Shown here one piece after another: positions 38,823 through 47,789 of a stretch of 64,000 nt of DNA. The first letter of the stretch is position 1. Each line of letters opens with the position of its first letter. The DNA is taken from positions 1 through 64,000 of IMG/VR virus record IMGVR_UViG_3300035145_004174. One strand, given 5' to 3'. Position numbers and translations under genes: made by a program. This DNA comes from a virus. The notes under the pieces were generated by a model that worked only from the letters and a program-made list of their open reading frames with translations, had not been told where the DNA came from and searched no databases.

Positions 38823-41203
38823 TGGAAAAATACAACCTAACACCTAGGGTTCAAAAAGTAATATCTTTAGCTAGAGAAACTGCTGATAATTTAAAATGTG
38901 ATATAGTAGATTTAGATCATTTATTATTTGCGGTTCTAGATAGCGGCCAGTCTACAATTGTTAGTTTCTTTGAAGACTTGAACATATCTTTAGATGATTT
39001 TAAAACATTTGTATTTAACAATATACAAGGTGATTTTTTTAGCAGTTCTGATTCCTCAAAAATTTCTTTTTCTAAAGATTTTAAGGATGCGTTTTCGGAG
39101 TCTAAGGTTTTGTGTGAAAAATTAAATCACAATTATATAGGGGTTGAGCATTTATTTTATTCTTTGATATGTCATGAAAAATCTCCTTTAATTGATTTTT
39201 TCAAAACTTTTAAAGTTAGCGTTAAAAAATCAAAAGAAAAACTTGAGAAGTTTTTTAAGACTGGCGAATGGGACGAAACAAAAAAAAGAAAAAAAGTAAG
39301 CCCTCCTCCTATCCCCCAACAGGACAACTCAAACCAATCTTCAAATTTAGAATCTTATTGCAAAAATTATAACTTAATGGCTCTTCGTGGTCATTTTGAT
39401 AAAGTCATATTTAAAGAAGAAGAATTGTCTAAAATATCTGAAATATTATGTAGGAGAAATAAAAACAATCCTGTATTGGTTGGGCTTCCTGGCACAGGAA
39501 AAACTACTTTGGTCGAGGGTCTAGCTCAATCTATAGTCAATGGAACTTGCACCAGTTTTCTTTCTAATAAAATTATCTATGAGTTGGATCTTGCTGCCAT
39601 GATAGCTGGAACTAAGTATAGAGGTCAGTTTGAAGAAAGACTAAAAGGTTTGCTAAAAGAAGTTTCGAATTCTAATAATATAATTCTATTTATTGATGAG
39701 ATTCACACTATAATAGGGGCGGGTTCTGCGGAGGGCAGTTTAGATGCCGCAAATATATTAAAACCTTCTTTAGCTAGAAATAAAATTAAATGTATAGGAG
39801 CTACCACCCCCAAAGAATTTAAAAGATTTTTCACGAAAGATCCTGCTTTAGAAAGGAGATTTGAGGAAGTCCAAGTGGTGCAACCTTCTCCTAAAGAAGC
39901 TTACGAGATATTGAAAGGCATCAGTTCTCAATATGAAAAATTTCACCATGTAGTATACAGAAAAAATTCTTTAAAGCTAGCTGTAGACTTATCTGTTAGA
40001 TATATAAATGATCGACAGTTGCCAGATAAAGCTATAGACATCATAGATCAAGCTGGAGCCAAAGTTAAAATGAGAAATTTTAAAAAGCCAGAAAAAGCTC
40101 TACTTCTTGAGAAAAAGATAGATGATTCTATGCATAAAGATTATGATGGTTTTGACGAAGAGCAGGAGGATTTATTGTCTCAATATAAGTCTGTATTAGA
40201 ATCTTGGACAAATTCTTATCAAAATAAAAAATTCTTTGTAACTAAAGATGATATTTACGATGTGATATCATCAAGGACAGGCATACCAGTCGGAAACTTA
40301 ACCGAGAAAGAATCTAATATTTTATTAAATTTAAATAATTCTTTAAATAAAATTGTTTTTGGTCAAAGTAAAGCTTGTTCTGCCGTTTCTCAATGTATAC
40401 TTAGGTCAAAAAGCGGACTTACAGAAGGGAGCAAACCCGTGGGATCTTTTCTCTTCTTAGGTCAGACTGGTGTTGGCAAAACTTTCATGGCTAAAGCTTT
40501 AGCCAAGCATGTATTTGGTAGCGAAGATAATTTAATACATATAGATATGTCAGAATATTCTGAGAAGATAAACATATCAAGACTTATAGGCTCTTCTCCA
40601 GGTTACGTTGGTTATGAAGATGGAGGTCAATTAACTGACAAAATCAAAGCTAAGCCTTATTCTGTCGTACTTTTTGACGAGATTGAAAAAGCTCATCCAG
40701 ATGTTTTAAATGTTCTCCTTCAGCTTTTAGATGAAGGTAGGCTTACTGATAATTTTGGAAGAGTTTCCGACTTCACTAATACCATTGTTATATTAACTAG
40801 TAATATAGGAGCGAGATCTTTGACTAAAAATACTTCAGTAGGGTTTGTTTCTTCAAAAAAAGAATCAATGAGTGACGCTCGCAAGGAAGCTGAAAAAAAA
40901 TTAACTCCAGAATTAATTAATAGACTTGATGAAATTATAGTTTTTAATTCTTTCTCTTTAAAAGATATAAAATCATTTTTTATCAATGAGCTTAAGCAAC
41001 TAAAATCTAAAGTAAAAAAGAACAATAAAATTATTTTAGAAATAGAGCCAGAAATGGTTGATTTTTTATCAGAAGAAGCTTATAATAAAAACTTAGGTGC
41101 TAGACCAGTAAAAAGAATGATTCAAAAATATATTGAAAATGATGTATCCAAATGGATAATAAATCAACAAACTGGAAAACTGACAATTAAAAAACCAATT
41201 TAA
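38822..41203 (+). CDS. clpC: ClpA/ClpC-type AAA+ chaperone/unfoldase
   Basis: Clp N-repeats, GLPGTGKT, LFIDEIH, GQTGVGKT, LFDEIEKAH, VGF ClpP-docking loop. Confidence 0.93.
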   Translation: MEKYNLTPRVQKVISLARETADNLKCDIVDLDHLLFAVLDSGQSTIVSFFEDLNISLDDFKTFVFNNIQGDFFSSSDSSKISFSKDFKDAFSESKVLCEKLNHNYIGVEHLFYSLICHEKSPLIDFFKTFKVSVKKSKEKLEKFFKTGEWDETKKRKKVSPPPIPQQDNSNQSSNLESYCKNYNLMALRGHFDKVIFKEEELSKISEILCRRNKNNPVLVGLPGTGKTTLVEGLAQSIVNGTCTSFLSNKIIYELDLAAMIAGTKYRGQFEERLKGLLKEVSNSNNIILFIDEIHTIIGAGSAEGSLDAANILKPSLARNKIKCIGATTPKEFKRFFTKDPALERRFEEVQVVQPSPKEAYEILKGISSQYEKFHHVVYRKNSLKLAVDLSVRYINDRQLPDKAIDIIDQAGAKVKMRNFKKPEKALLLEKKIDDSMHKDYDGFDEEQEDLLSQYKSVLESWTNSYQNKKFFVTKDDIYDVISSRTGIPVGNLTEKESNILLNLNNSLNKIVFGQSKACSAVSQCILRSKSGLTEGSKPVGSFLFLGQTGVGKTFMAKALAKHVFGSEDNLIHIDMSEYSEKINISRLIGSSPGYVGYEDGGQLTDKIKAKPYSVVLFDEIEKAHPDVLNVLLQLLDEGRLTDNFGRVSDFTNTIVILTSNIGARSLTKNTSVGFVSSKKESMSDARKEAEKKLTPELINRLDEIIVFNSFSLKDIKSFFINELKQLKSKVKKNNKIILEIEPEMVDFLSEEAYNKNLGARPVKRMIQKYIENDVSKWIINQQTGKLTIKKPI

Positions 41204-41204
41204 A

Positions 41205-41747
41205 ATGACTGAAGACAAAAAAAAATATAAATATCAAGTATCTATAGCTGACAAAAGGGTAATGGAGTACAACCAAGTTGGCCCTGAATATCATTCAAGA
41301 AACTGGTTCAAGTTTGAAACCATTCTTGATTTTTTAAAATTTTTGAAATCAAAAGATGGTAAGAAATTTGAACTTTCTGACGGCATGAATATCTCAATGA
41401 TAACGCAAAAAGACACTGACAGAATTTTAAGCATAAATCTTGTAGCGTCAATTGATTGTGATGTAGAGGGAGCTATTGAAGAGCATGTTTTTGACTCCAA
41501 AGAAGAGGCTAATGATTTCATTAAAAAAGAAAACCTTAAGCCTTCATCCAACCTTCTTGACGAAGAATCTAAAGATCAACTTAGTAAATTCTTTTCGGGC
41601 AAAAAGTGCTTTTTTCCAGAAGCTTCTAAACTTCAGTCTGATTATTTCGATGCGAAGGAAAAATTGGAAGCCTCAGATGTAAAAGGAGAAATTATTCTAG
41701 GGATGGAGTACGAACAAAAGGTCGTAGATATTTTAATCAATTATTAA
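41205..41747 (+). CDS. Hypothetical protein
   Basis: 180 aa ORF in operon. Confidence 0.75.
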   Translation: MTEDKKKYKYQVSIADKRVMEYNQVGPEYHSRNWFKFETILDFLKFLKSKDGKKFELSDGMNISMITQKDTDRILSINLVASIDCDVEGAIEEHVFDSKEEANDFIKKENLKPSSNLLDEESKDQLSKFFSGKKCFFPEASKLQSDYFDAKEKLEASDVKGEIILGMEYEQKVVDILINY

Positions 41748-41765
41748 ACAAAAACCAAAACAATT

Positions 41766-42362
41766 ATGTCTATTCAAATATATAAACCAAACAGCAAAAA
41801 CACAGGATCAGCTTTCACATTTTCCAAAAGTTTAGATAAAAAAACTGGATCTCCCGTTTTTTATATCAGTGCTATATCTCAGTTCTCTTGGAATGATGAT
41901 ACTAAAACTGGTTCTTTTTCTGGAAATTCAAAAAACCCAGAAAAAACTATAAATGTCAAGATCAGTGAATCTGAAGCTGGTTCGTTAATAAGCTCGTTTA
42001 ATTCTAGGTACGAGTATACCGCTTTTCATAGTTACGAAGGCAACAATACAACAATTAAATCTACACCTTGGGATAAGAAGCAGAAGGTTTCTAAATACGA
42101 TACAGCCTCAAAGGGTTTCGTCGATTCCGAGATTCAAGTTCCAGCTTTTGGTATGACTTTGTCTAAAGGCAAAGGCAACTCTATAAAGATAGCTCTTGAG
42201 CCTGGAGAGGTTGAGCTTGTTAAAAGCTTGCTTTCAATATTCATTGAAGATTTCTTAAGATTTAAAATTTCTCTATCAGAGTCTTACTCGCAAAAATCTA
42301 CTCAAAAATCAGAACCTCAATCAACCGAAGAGCAAGATGAGTTTGAAGATGCTCCATTCTAA
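41766..42362 (+). CDS. Putative single-stranded DNA-binding protein
   Basis: Acidic SSB-type tail EEQDEFEDAPF; beta-sheet/helix repeats ending ISESEAGSL and LEPGEVEL. Confidence 0.6.
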   Translation: MSIQIYKPNSKNTGSAFTFSKSLDKKTGSPVFYISAISQFSWNDDTKTGSFSGNSKNPEKTINVKISESEAGSLISSFNSRYEYTAFHSYEGNNTTIKSTPWDKKQKVSKYDTASKGFVDSEIQVPAFGMTLSKGKGNSIKIALEPGEVELVKSLLSIFIEDFLRFKISLSESYSQKSTQKSEPQSTEEQDEFEDAPF

Positions 42363-42367
42363 TCCAA

Positions 42368-44281
42368 GTGGATAAAAAATTAAAAATATTATATCACAGT
42401 AATTATTCCAAAATACTTACTGGGTTCGGCAAAAATGCAAAAAATGTATTAAAATATTTAGCGAAAACAGGTAAGTATGAAATTGTTGAATTAAGTAACG
42501 GTGTAAGCAAAAGCAGTGAAGACTTAAAGAAACTTCCATGGAAAGCTGTGGGTGGCATACCAGATGATCAGTCTGTGATAGATAAGATAAACAAAGATCC
42601 TAATTTATCTAGACAAGCCCAATATGGAATGATTGGGATAGACGATATTATCAAATCTGAAAAACCAGATGTTTACATAGGTGTAGAAGATATATGGGGT
42701 CTCTCCTCGTTTACCAAAAAAAGCTGGTGGAACAAAATCAATTGTATGATATGGACCACCTTAGATAGCCTTCCTCTTTTACCCGATGCTGTCAAAAGAG
42801 CCCCATCTATAAAAAATTATTTTGTCTGGGCTTCTTTTGCCGAAAAAGCCATGAAAAAACTTGGTCATGACCATGTTAAAACATTGCATGGGGCTGTAGA
42901 CTGCTCTAACTTTTTCAATGTTGGCCCTGAAAACAAGAAAAAATTAAGAAATTTTTTTAATATTGACGAAGATGCTTTTGTTATAGGTTTCGTTTTTAGA
43001 AATCAGCTCAGGAAAAGTGTCCCAAATTTATTAGAAGGATTCAAGATCTTTAAACAAAAAAACCCAAAATCTAAAGCTAAATTATTATTACATACTAACT
43101 TTGCTGAAGGTTGGGGGATTCCCGCATTAGTTGAGGAGAAAGGTTTAGATAAAGATGACATTTTATGTACTTACTATTGTCCTAATTGTAAAAGATATGA
43201 AGTAAAACCTTTTCAAGGACACAAGCTTGATTGCAAGTTCTGTGGGTCAAAAGAAAGCTGTAACACAACCTCTATAGTTGCTGGGGTTGACGAAAATCAA
43301 CTTAATGAAATTTACAATTTAATGGATGTTTATTGCCATCCTTTTACATCTGGGGGGCAAGAAATACCGATTCAAGAAGCTAAACTTACTGAGCTTATAA
43401 CTCTAGTCACTAATTACTCTTGCGGTGAAGACATGTGTACTGATGAATCTGGAGGTTTCCCTCTTGATTGGTCTGAATACAGGGAGCCTGGAACTCAATT
43501 CATAAAAGCTAGTACATCCCCAAACAGTATCTCTAATAAATTAACTAAGGTTTATAAGATGGATGATTTAAAGAGATCTTCTCTTGGTAAAAAATCTAGA
43601 CAATACATCATTGACAATTATTCCGTTGATGTTATTGGTAAAAAATTAGAAAATATAATTGATTCTATGGGGGCTACTACTTACGACTTTTCTTTTGAGG
43701 CGGAAAAGAGAAACCCAAAATACATTCCACCAAATATAGATAACGATTCTGATTGGCTTATAGATTTATATAAAAATATTTTAAAAGTTGATTTGGACCA
43801 TAATGACGATGGGCACAAGCATTGGATGAATGCTTTAAAAAACGGAGCCACTAGAATTTCTATTTTAGATTATTTTAGATCAGTAGCTGAGCAAGAAAAT
43901 AAAAACATGTCTCAGAAACCTATAGACTTGAATAATATAATTCAAAACTCTGGTAATAAGAAAGCTTTATTTTCCGTAAGTACGTCAAGGGAAGATGTTT
44001 TTTTGGTTCTAACTTTATTAGAATCCTTCAAGAAGAAAAATGAAAATTGCGATATCTTTTTTGCTACTCGTCCTGAATTTTTTTCCATGGTTGATTGTAA
44101 TCCTTTTGTTTACAAATGCATACCTTATCAAGATGGGCTTGACAGTGAAAAATCTATGCTAGGAGCAAACTTAAAAGAAGGTGAAAAATATTTTGATTAT
44201 TGTTATAATTTTAATTTTTTACTTAGAGGTGGTCCAGACATGATTTCGGCTCAAAATAATTTATTTGAAATTTATGAATAA
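42368..44281 (+). CDS. GT4 glycosyltransferase with Zn-ribbon insertion and C-terminal extra domains
   Basis: TGFG, RNQ.RK, CPNC...CKFC, SGGQEIPIQEA. Confidence 0.82.
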   Translation: MDKKLKILYHSNYSKILTGFGKNAKNVLKYLAKTGKYEIVELSNGVSKSSEDLKKLPWKAVGGIPDDQSVIDKINKDPNLSRQAQYGMIGIDDIIKSEKPDVYIGVEDIWGLSSFTKKSWWNKINCMIWTTLDSLPLLPDAVKRAPSIKNYFVWASFAEKAMKKLGHDHVKTLHGAVDCSNFFNVGPENKKKLRNFFNIDEDAFVIGFVFRNQLRKSVPNLLEGFKIFKQKNPKSKAKLLLHTNFAEGWGIPALVEEKGLDKDDILCTYYCPNCKRYEVKPFQGHKLDCKFCGSKESCNTTSIVAGVDENQLNEIYNLMDVYCHPFTSGGQEIPIQEAKLTELITLVTNYSCGEDMCTDESGGFPLDWSEYREPGTQFIKASTSPNSISNKLTKVYKMDDLKRSSLGKKSRQYIIDNYSVDVIGKKLENIIDSMGATTYDFSFEAEKRNPKYIPPNIDNDSDWLIDLYKNILKVDLDHNDDGHKHWMNALKNGATRISILDYFRSVAEQENKNMSQKPIDLNNIIQNSGNKKALFSVSTSREDVFLVLTLLESFKKKNENCDIFFATRPEFFSMVDCNPFVYKCIPYQDGLDSEKSMLGANLKEGEKYFDYCYNFNFLLRGGPDMISAQNNLFEIYE

Positions 44282-45440
44282 AATAGAAAAGATTAGCTTG
44301 AGTTATGCTTTGAAGTCCTCAAAGCCTTTTATTAATTTTTGCTTTTACCCTCTCCCTTTTGATAGGTATGTCACGATGGATTTCTCTAAAGATCCTCAGT
44401 CTCTTTGCTATAATCATTGGCAAGATGTTATTGATATCATCAAACCTTATTTAGATGAAAATAACATTCGTATTCTTAGGCTAGGAGATGCAGATAGTTA
44501 CCAAGTTGACGGCATTCAAGATTATACCTCTAAGACTTTCAATCAAAATGCTTATATTCTAAAAAATTCCATGTTGCACTTTGGTTCGAATGGGTTATTG
44601 ACTTTTCTTTCTAGCAATCTGGACATCCCTTTAGTTTCTCTTTTTTCAGGCACACCTTCTTCCCTTTTTCCTTTTCCTGAGACCTCTAAACGTATATTCA
44701 TAGACTCTCCTAAAGATGGCAAAAATCCAAGTTTTTCCGACTATGAATCACCAAAAACTATTGATAAAATAGATCCCTGTGAGATTTCTAGATCTATATT
44801 AAATTTGTTGAACATCTCTCACCAATTAGAATCTTCTAAGCTTATATTTCAAGGGGATATGTCTAACATTAAAACTATAGAAATAATTCCAGATTTCTTT
44901 CCCTCCAAAAGTCTTCTTCCAGGATCACTTATAAATGTAAGGGCTGACCTTTTTCTTGATGAACAAAATATTTTTGGACTATCTCAATCCAATAGACGTC
45001 TTGGGATTATAACAAAAGATAGGCTTTCAGCAGGTCTTCTTAGTTCTATTTCTAAAAGTGTTCAAAGGATAACTATTAATGCTGATGAGGGAATAGATGA
45101 AAAATTTCTTTTTGATTTAAAGATGTTAAATATTCCATATGAATTTTTTGTAACAAAAAAAGACAGGCTTAAAGAATTAAGATTAGATTATATAGATGAA
45201 ACGATTGAGCTTTTTGAGAAACCAAAAAAACCCCTTGCTTTTAAAGTTGAAAATTCACATAATGCTTATGTGAAGTCATCTAAAATATTATTATCTAAGT
45301 TGGGTAGTTTTCCTACAAAAGCCCACTGGATCTGTGATAAAAAAAGTGAAGGAGTTTTTCAGGAATATATAGATTCCTCTGATTTTTGGGAAGACTCTGA
45401 TTTTATAAATATATATCAATCTAAAAATGAAATCGTCTGA
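44274..45440 (+). CDS. GT9-like protein
   Basis: Y.HWQDVI, QNAYILKNSMLHFG....LS....IPLVSLFS. Confidence 0.6.
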   Translation: MNKIEKISLSYALKSSKPFINFCFYPLPFDRYVTMDFSKDPQSLCYNHWQDVIDIIKPYLDENNIRILRLGDADSYQVDGIQDYTSKTFNQNAYILKNSMLHFGSNGLLTFLSSNLDIPLVSLFSGTPSSLFPFPETSKRIFIDSPKDGKNPSFSDYESPKTIDKIDPCEISRSILNLLNISHQLESSKLIFQGDMSNIKTIEIIPDFFPSKSLLPGSLINVRADLFLDEQNIFGLSQSNRRLGIITKDRLSAGLLSSISKSVQRITINADEGIDEKFLFDLKMLNIPYEFFVTKKDRLKELRLDYIDETIELFEKPKKPLAFKVENSHNAYVKSSKILLSKLGSFPTKAHWICDKKSEGVFQEYIDSSDFWEDSDFINIYQSKNEIV

Positions 45441-46185
45441 AAAAAATACTCCTCCAAGCTCGTATAAGAGAAACGAATATGGATTAATTTCTAATGTAGA
45501 TTATGTGTTCAATGAAGATGGATCTGTTGACTGGAGATCCATGATTAAAGAAGAGCATCTTTTCCCCAATAAAGGCTGGTTTGATGCCAGAAAAAAAACC
45601 ATGCCCAAGAGTATTTCTGGATTAAAAGATCACCAACTTTTAATTAAACTTGGGGGTATCAAAGAGCTCGCAAAACTAAGGGGGTTCACATCTGTTCAAT
45701 ATAAAACTGTGAAGTGTGACCAAGACCATGTTGCGGTTTCTTGTTCTATAACTTTTTTACCTAATTATGAAACAGGAGACAACCCTGTCGTCTTTGAAGA
45801 CATGGCGAATGCTACCTTAAACAATACCAGTAGTTTTGCTACAAAATTCCTTGAAACTATAGCTTGTAATAGGGCTTTCGTTAGGTGTGTTAGAAATTTT
45901 TTAAATGTACATATTGTTGGCGATGATGAGATAGATAAATCTGATGGTTCCAACTCTATACCTACTATTTCTAAGTCAAGTTCTTTATCTCCACAGGGCA
46001 TATTAAAGAATACATGTATTGACCATGGACATTCATCTTTTAATGAATTTATGGAAGTGCTAAGGACTTGGCACACTACAGGCATTTATATTGTACCAGA
46101 TAATGTTGACCCCAAAACATGGTCTGATTTTGAAGACATCCCCGCAAAACAAGCTAGGGAGTTTTTAAAATTAATTAAAAATTAA
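45427..46185 (+). CDS. Putative Rad52/Sak-like single-strand annealing protein
   Basis: GIKELAK, ANAT..N....F..IA.NRA.VR.VR..L.....DEI pattern. Confidence 0.5.
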   Translation: MKSSEKNTPPSSYKRNEYGLISNVDYVFNEDGSVDWRSMIKEEHLFPNKGWFDARKKTMPKSISGLKDHQLLIKLGGIKELAKLRGFTSVQYKTVKCDQDHVAVSCSITFLPNYETGDNPVVFEDMANATLNNTSSFATKFLETIACNRAFVRCVRNFLNVHIVGDDEIDKSDGSNSIPTISKSSSLSPQGILKNTCIDHGHSSFNEFMEVLRTWHTTGIYIVPDNVDPKTWSDFEDIPAKQAREFLKLIKN

Positions 46186-46220
46186 TATTCGTAAAAGTGA
46201 TAGGGATTTTAAATACATTT

Positions 46221-46640
46221 TTAATCCTTATAAATTAAATCTATGCACTTTTTAACCCATTCATCAACAGTTCCTTCTTCTAAAATTAAATCAGGATTTT
46301 TTGGAGGATCAAATATTTTATTAGTGTCTTCAAATCTTCCTTCCTTAATTCTATCAATATATATTATTATATCTGCATTAAAAGCCTCCCTAGTTTCGTC
46401 TGTGGGGCAAACGAAGTCTGCTATAACATAGCCCCCTCCAAAAGACGCCCAATCGCACATCTTACTGAGTCTTTTGGCTTGTTCTAACCTATCTTCCATT
46501 GACCATTTCAAATCTTTATTTATGTGTTCTCTTACTAAGTCAGCATTAAACCATCCAGATTTAATTTTTTTGGACAAAACAGAAGCTAATGTAGTTTTAC
46601 CGCTACCAGGAAGCCCCATAATTAAAATTTTTTTATTCAT
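46221..46640 (-). CDS. cysC: Adenylylsulfate kinase-like P-loop kinase
   Basis: MGLPGSGKTTLA, NAD.VR, DL.WS.EDR..QA.R, DFVCP, F.DT...F..P. Confidence 0.8.
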   Translation of the reverse strand: MNKKILIMGLPGSGKTTLASVLSKKIKSGWFNADLVREHINKDLKWSMEDRLEQAKRLSKMCDWASFGGGYVIADFVCPTDETREAFNADIIIYIDRIKEGRFEDTNKIFDPPKNPDLILEEGTVDEWVKKCIDLIYKD

Positions 46641-46680
46641 TGATAATATCATATAATGATAATTAATACTTTCAAATGTT

Positions 46681-47223
46681 ATGAAAAAAAACTTATTATT
46701 TAAAACTAAAACATACTTAGTAGGCCATATGCAATATTTAAATGGCAGAAACTGGAGGCAAGAAGTTTGCTCTCAGTTAGAGCCTAAAGGTATAACATGT
46801 TTTGATCCTTATAAAAAACCTTTTGTTAAAGATATAGAAGAGGACGAAAAATCTTTACAGGAGATGCAAGAGCACATTGAGCTTGAAAATTATGAATTAG
46901 TTTCTGAAAAGATGAGGGTAATAAGATGCTATGACCTTAATCTTGTTGACAGAAGTGACTTTGTGATCGCTCATATTAATCCTAAAATTGCTAGTTGGGG
47001 TAGTGCTGAAGAAATAGTAACTGCTGTTCGAATGAAAAAGCCTATTTTTATTAGCGTGGAAGGTGGGAAGAAAAAAACTCCTTTATGGATTTTAGGAATG
47101 CTGCCTCATAAATATATCTATGATTCGGTTGATGATATAATAAAAACTATTTTTGATATAGATTCTGGAGCGATAGAGATAGATTCTGATAGATGGAGGT
47201 TATTGAGAGAAAATTTCAGATAA
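46681..47223 (+). CDS. Nucleoside 2-deoxyribosyltransferase-like protein
   Basis: YLVGHM, WR, FDPY, DL.LVD.SD, GS.EE...A. Confidence 0.78.
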   Translation: MKKNLLFKTKTYLVGHMQYLNGRNWRQEVCSQLEPKGITCFDPYKKPFVKDIEEDEKSLQEMQEHIELENYELVSEKMRVIRCYDLNLVDRSDFVIAHINPKIASWGSAEEIVTAVRMKKPIFISVEGGKKKTPLWILGMLPHKYIYDSVDDIIKTIFDIDSGAIEIDSDRWRLLRENFR

Positions 47224-47299
47224 CTTTTTTATTTCTGGTGTATATATAGTTGTGACGGTAAAACTTCAAACAACTAATTTATTAAACTATTAAAATATT

Positions 47300-47770
47300 A
47301 TGGCAGGACAAGGATTAGCAAGAGCAGCGGTAGCAGCTGGTAGAGCAATAGGGCCAGCAGTCTCGAAACTTGGAAAACGGGCAGCTCAAGAGAGCGGAAA
47401 ATACAGTAAAGCAGGAAAAGAGGCTGGGTCGAATGTAGTATCAAATACTGGTGCTTATGTAGACGACCCTAGTAGACCTTTTCAAACAGGAAACAAAATT
47501 ATAGATAATATAGGTAACTTCATTTTTGGAGATAACAGTCCGACAGATGATGATTTTAAACCAGGTGGTAAATACAATCCTTTTCCACCAGATCATCCTG
47601 CTCCAGGGTCTGGAGATGAAGGAAATCCACCAGGCGGAGAAGGTAAAGATGGAAAAGGCAGCAAAGCCAGTATCGCTGCAGCAAAAGAATTACAAAATCA
47701 ACAAAATTTACCTAAAGGCAGGCAGGACTTCCCAGACATTCCTGCTAGTAGCTGGCCTATGTTTGGATAA
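47300..47770 (+). CDS. Gly/Pro/Ala-rich hypothetical protein
   Basis: 156 aa, GTGTA motif at 47238. Confidence 0.75.
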   Translation: MAGQGLARAAVAAGRAIGPAVSKLGKRAAQESGKYSKAGKEAGSNVVSNTGAYVDDPSRPFQTGNKIIDNIGNFIFGDNSPTDDDFKPGGKYNPFPPDHPAPGSGDEGNPPGGEGKDGKGSKASIAAAKELQNQQNLPKGRQDFPDIPASSWPMFG

Positions 47771-47789
47771 TTTTAAACTATTATAAAAA

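Noticed and set aside
47252-47293. GTG-initiated micro-ORF 9 nt after GTGTA
   Set aside because: Only 13 codons; more likely the 5' leader of the 47300 gene.
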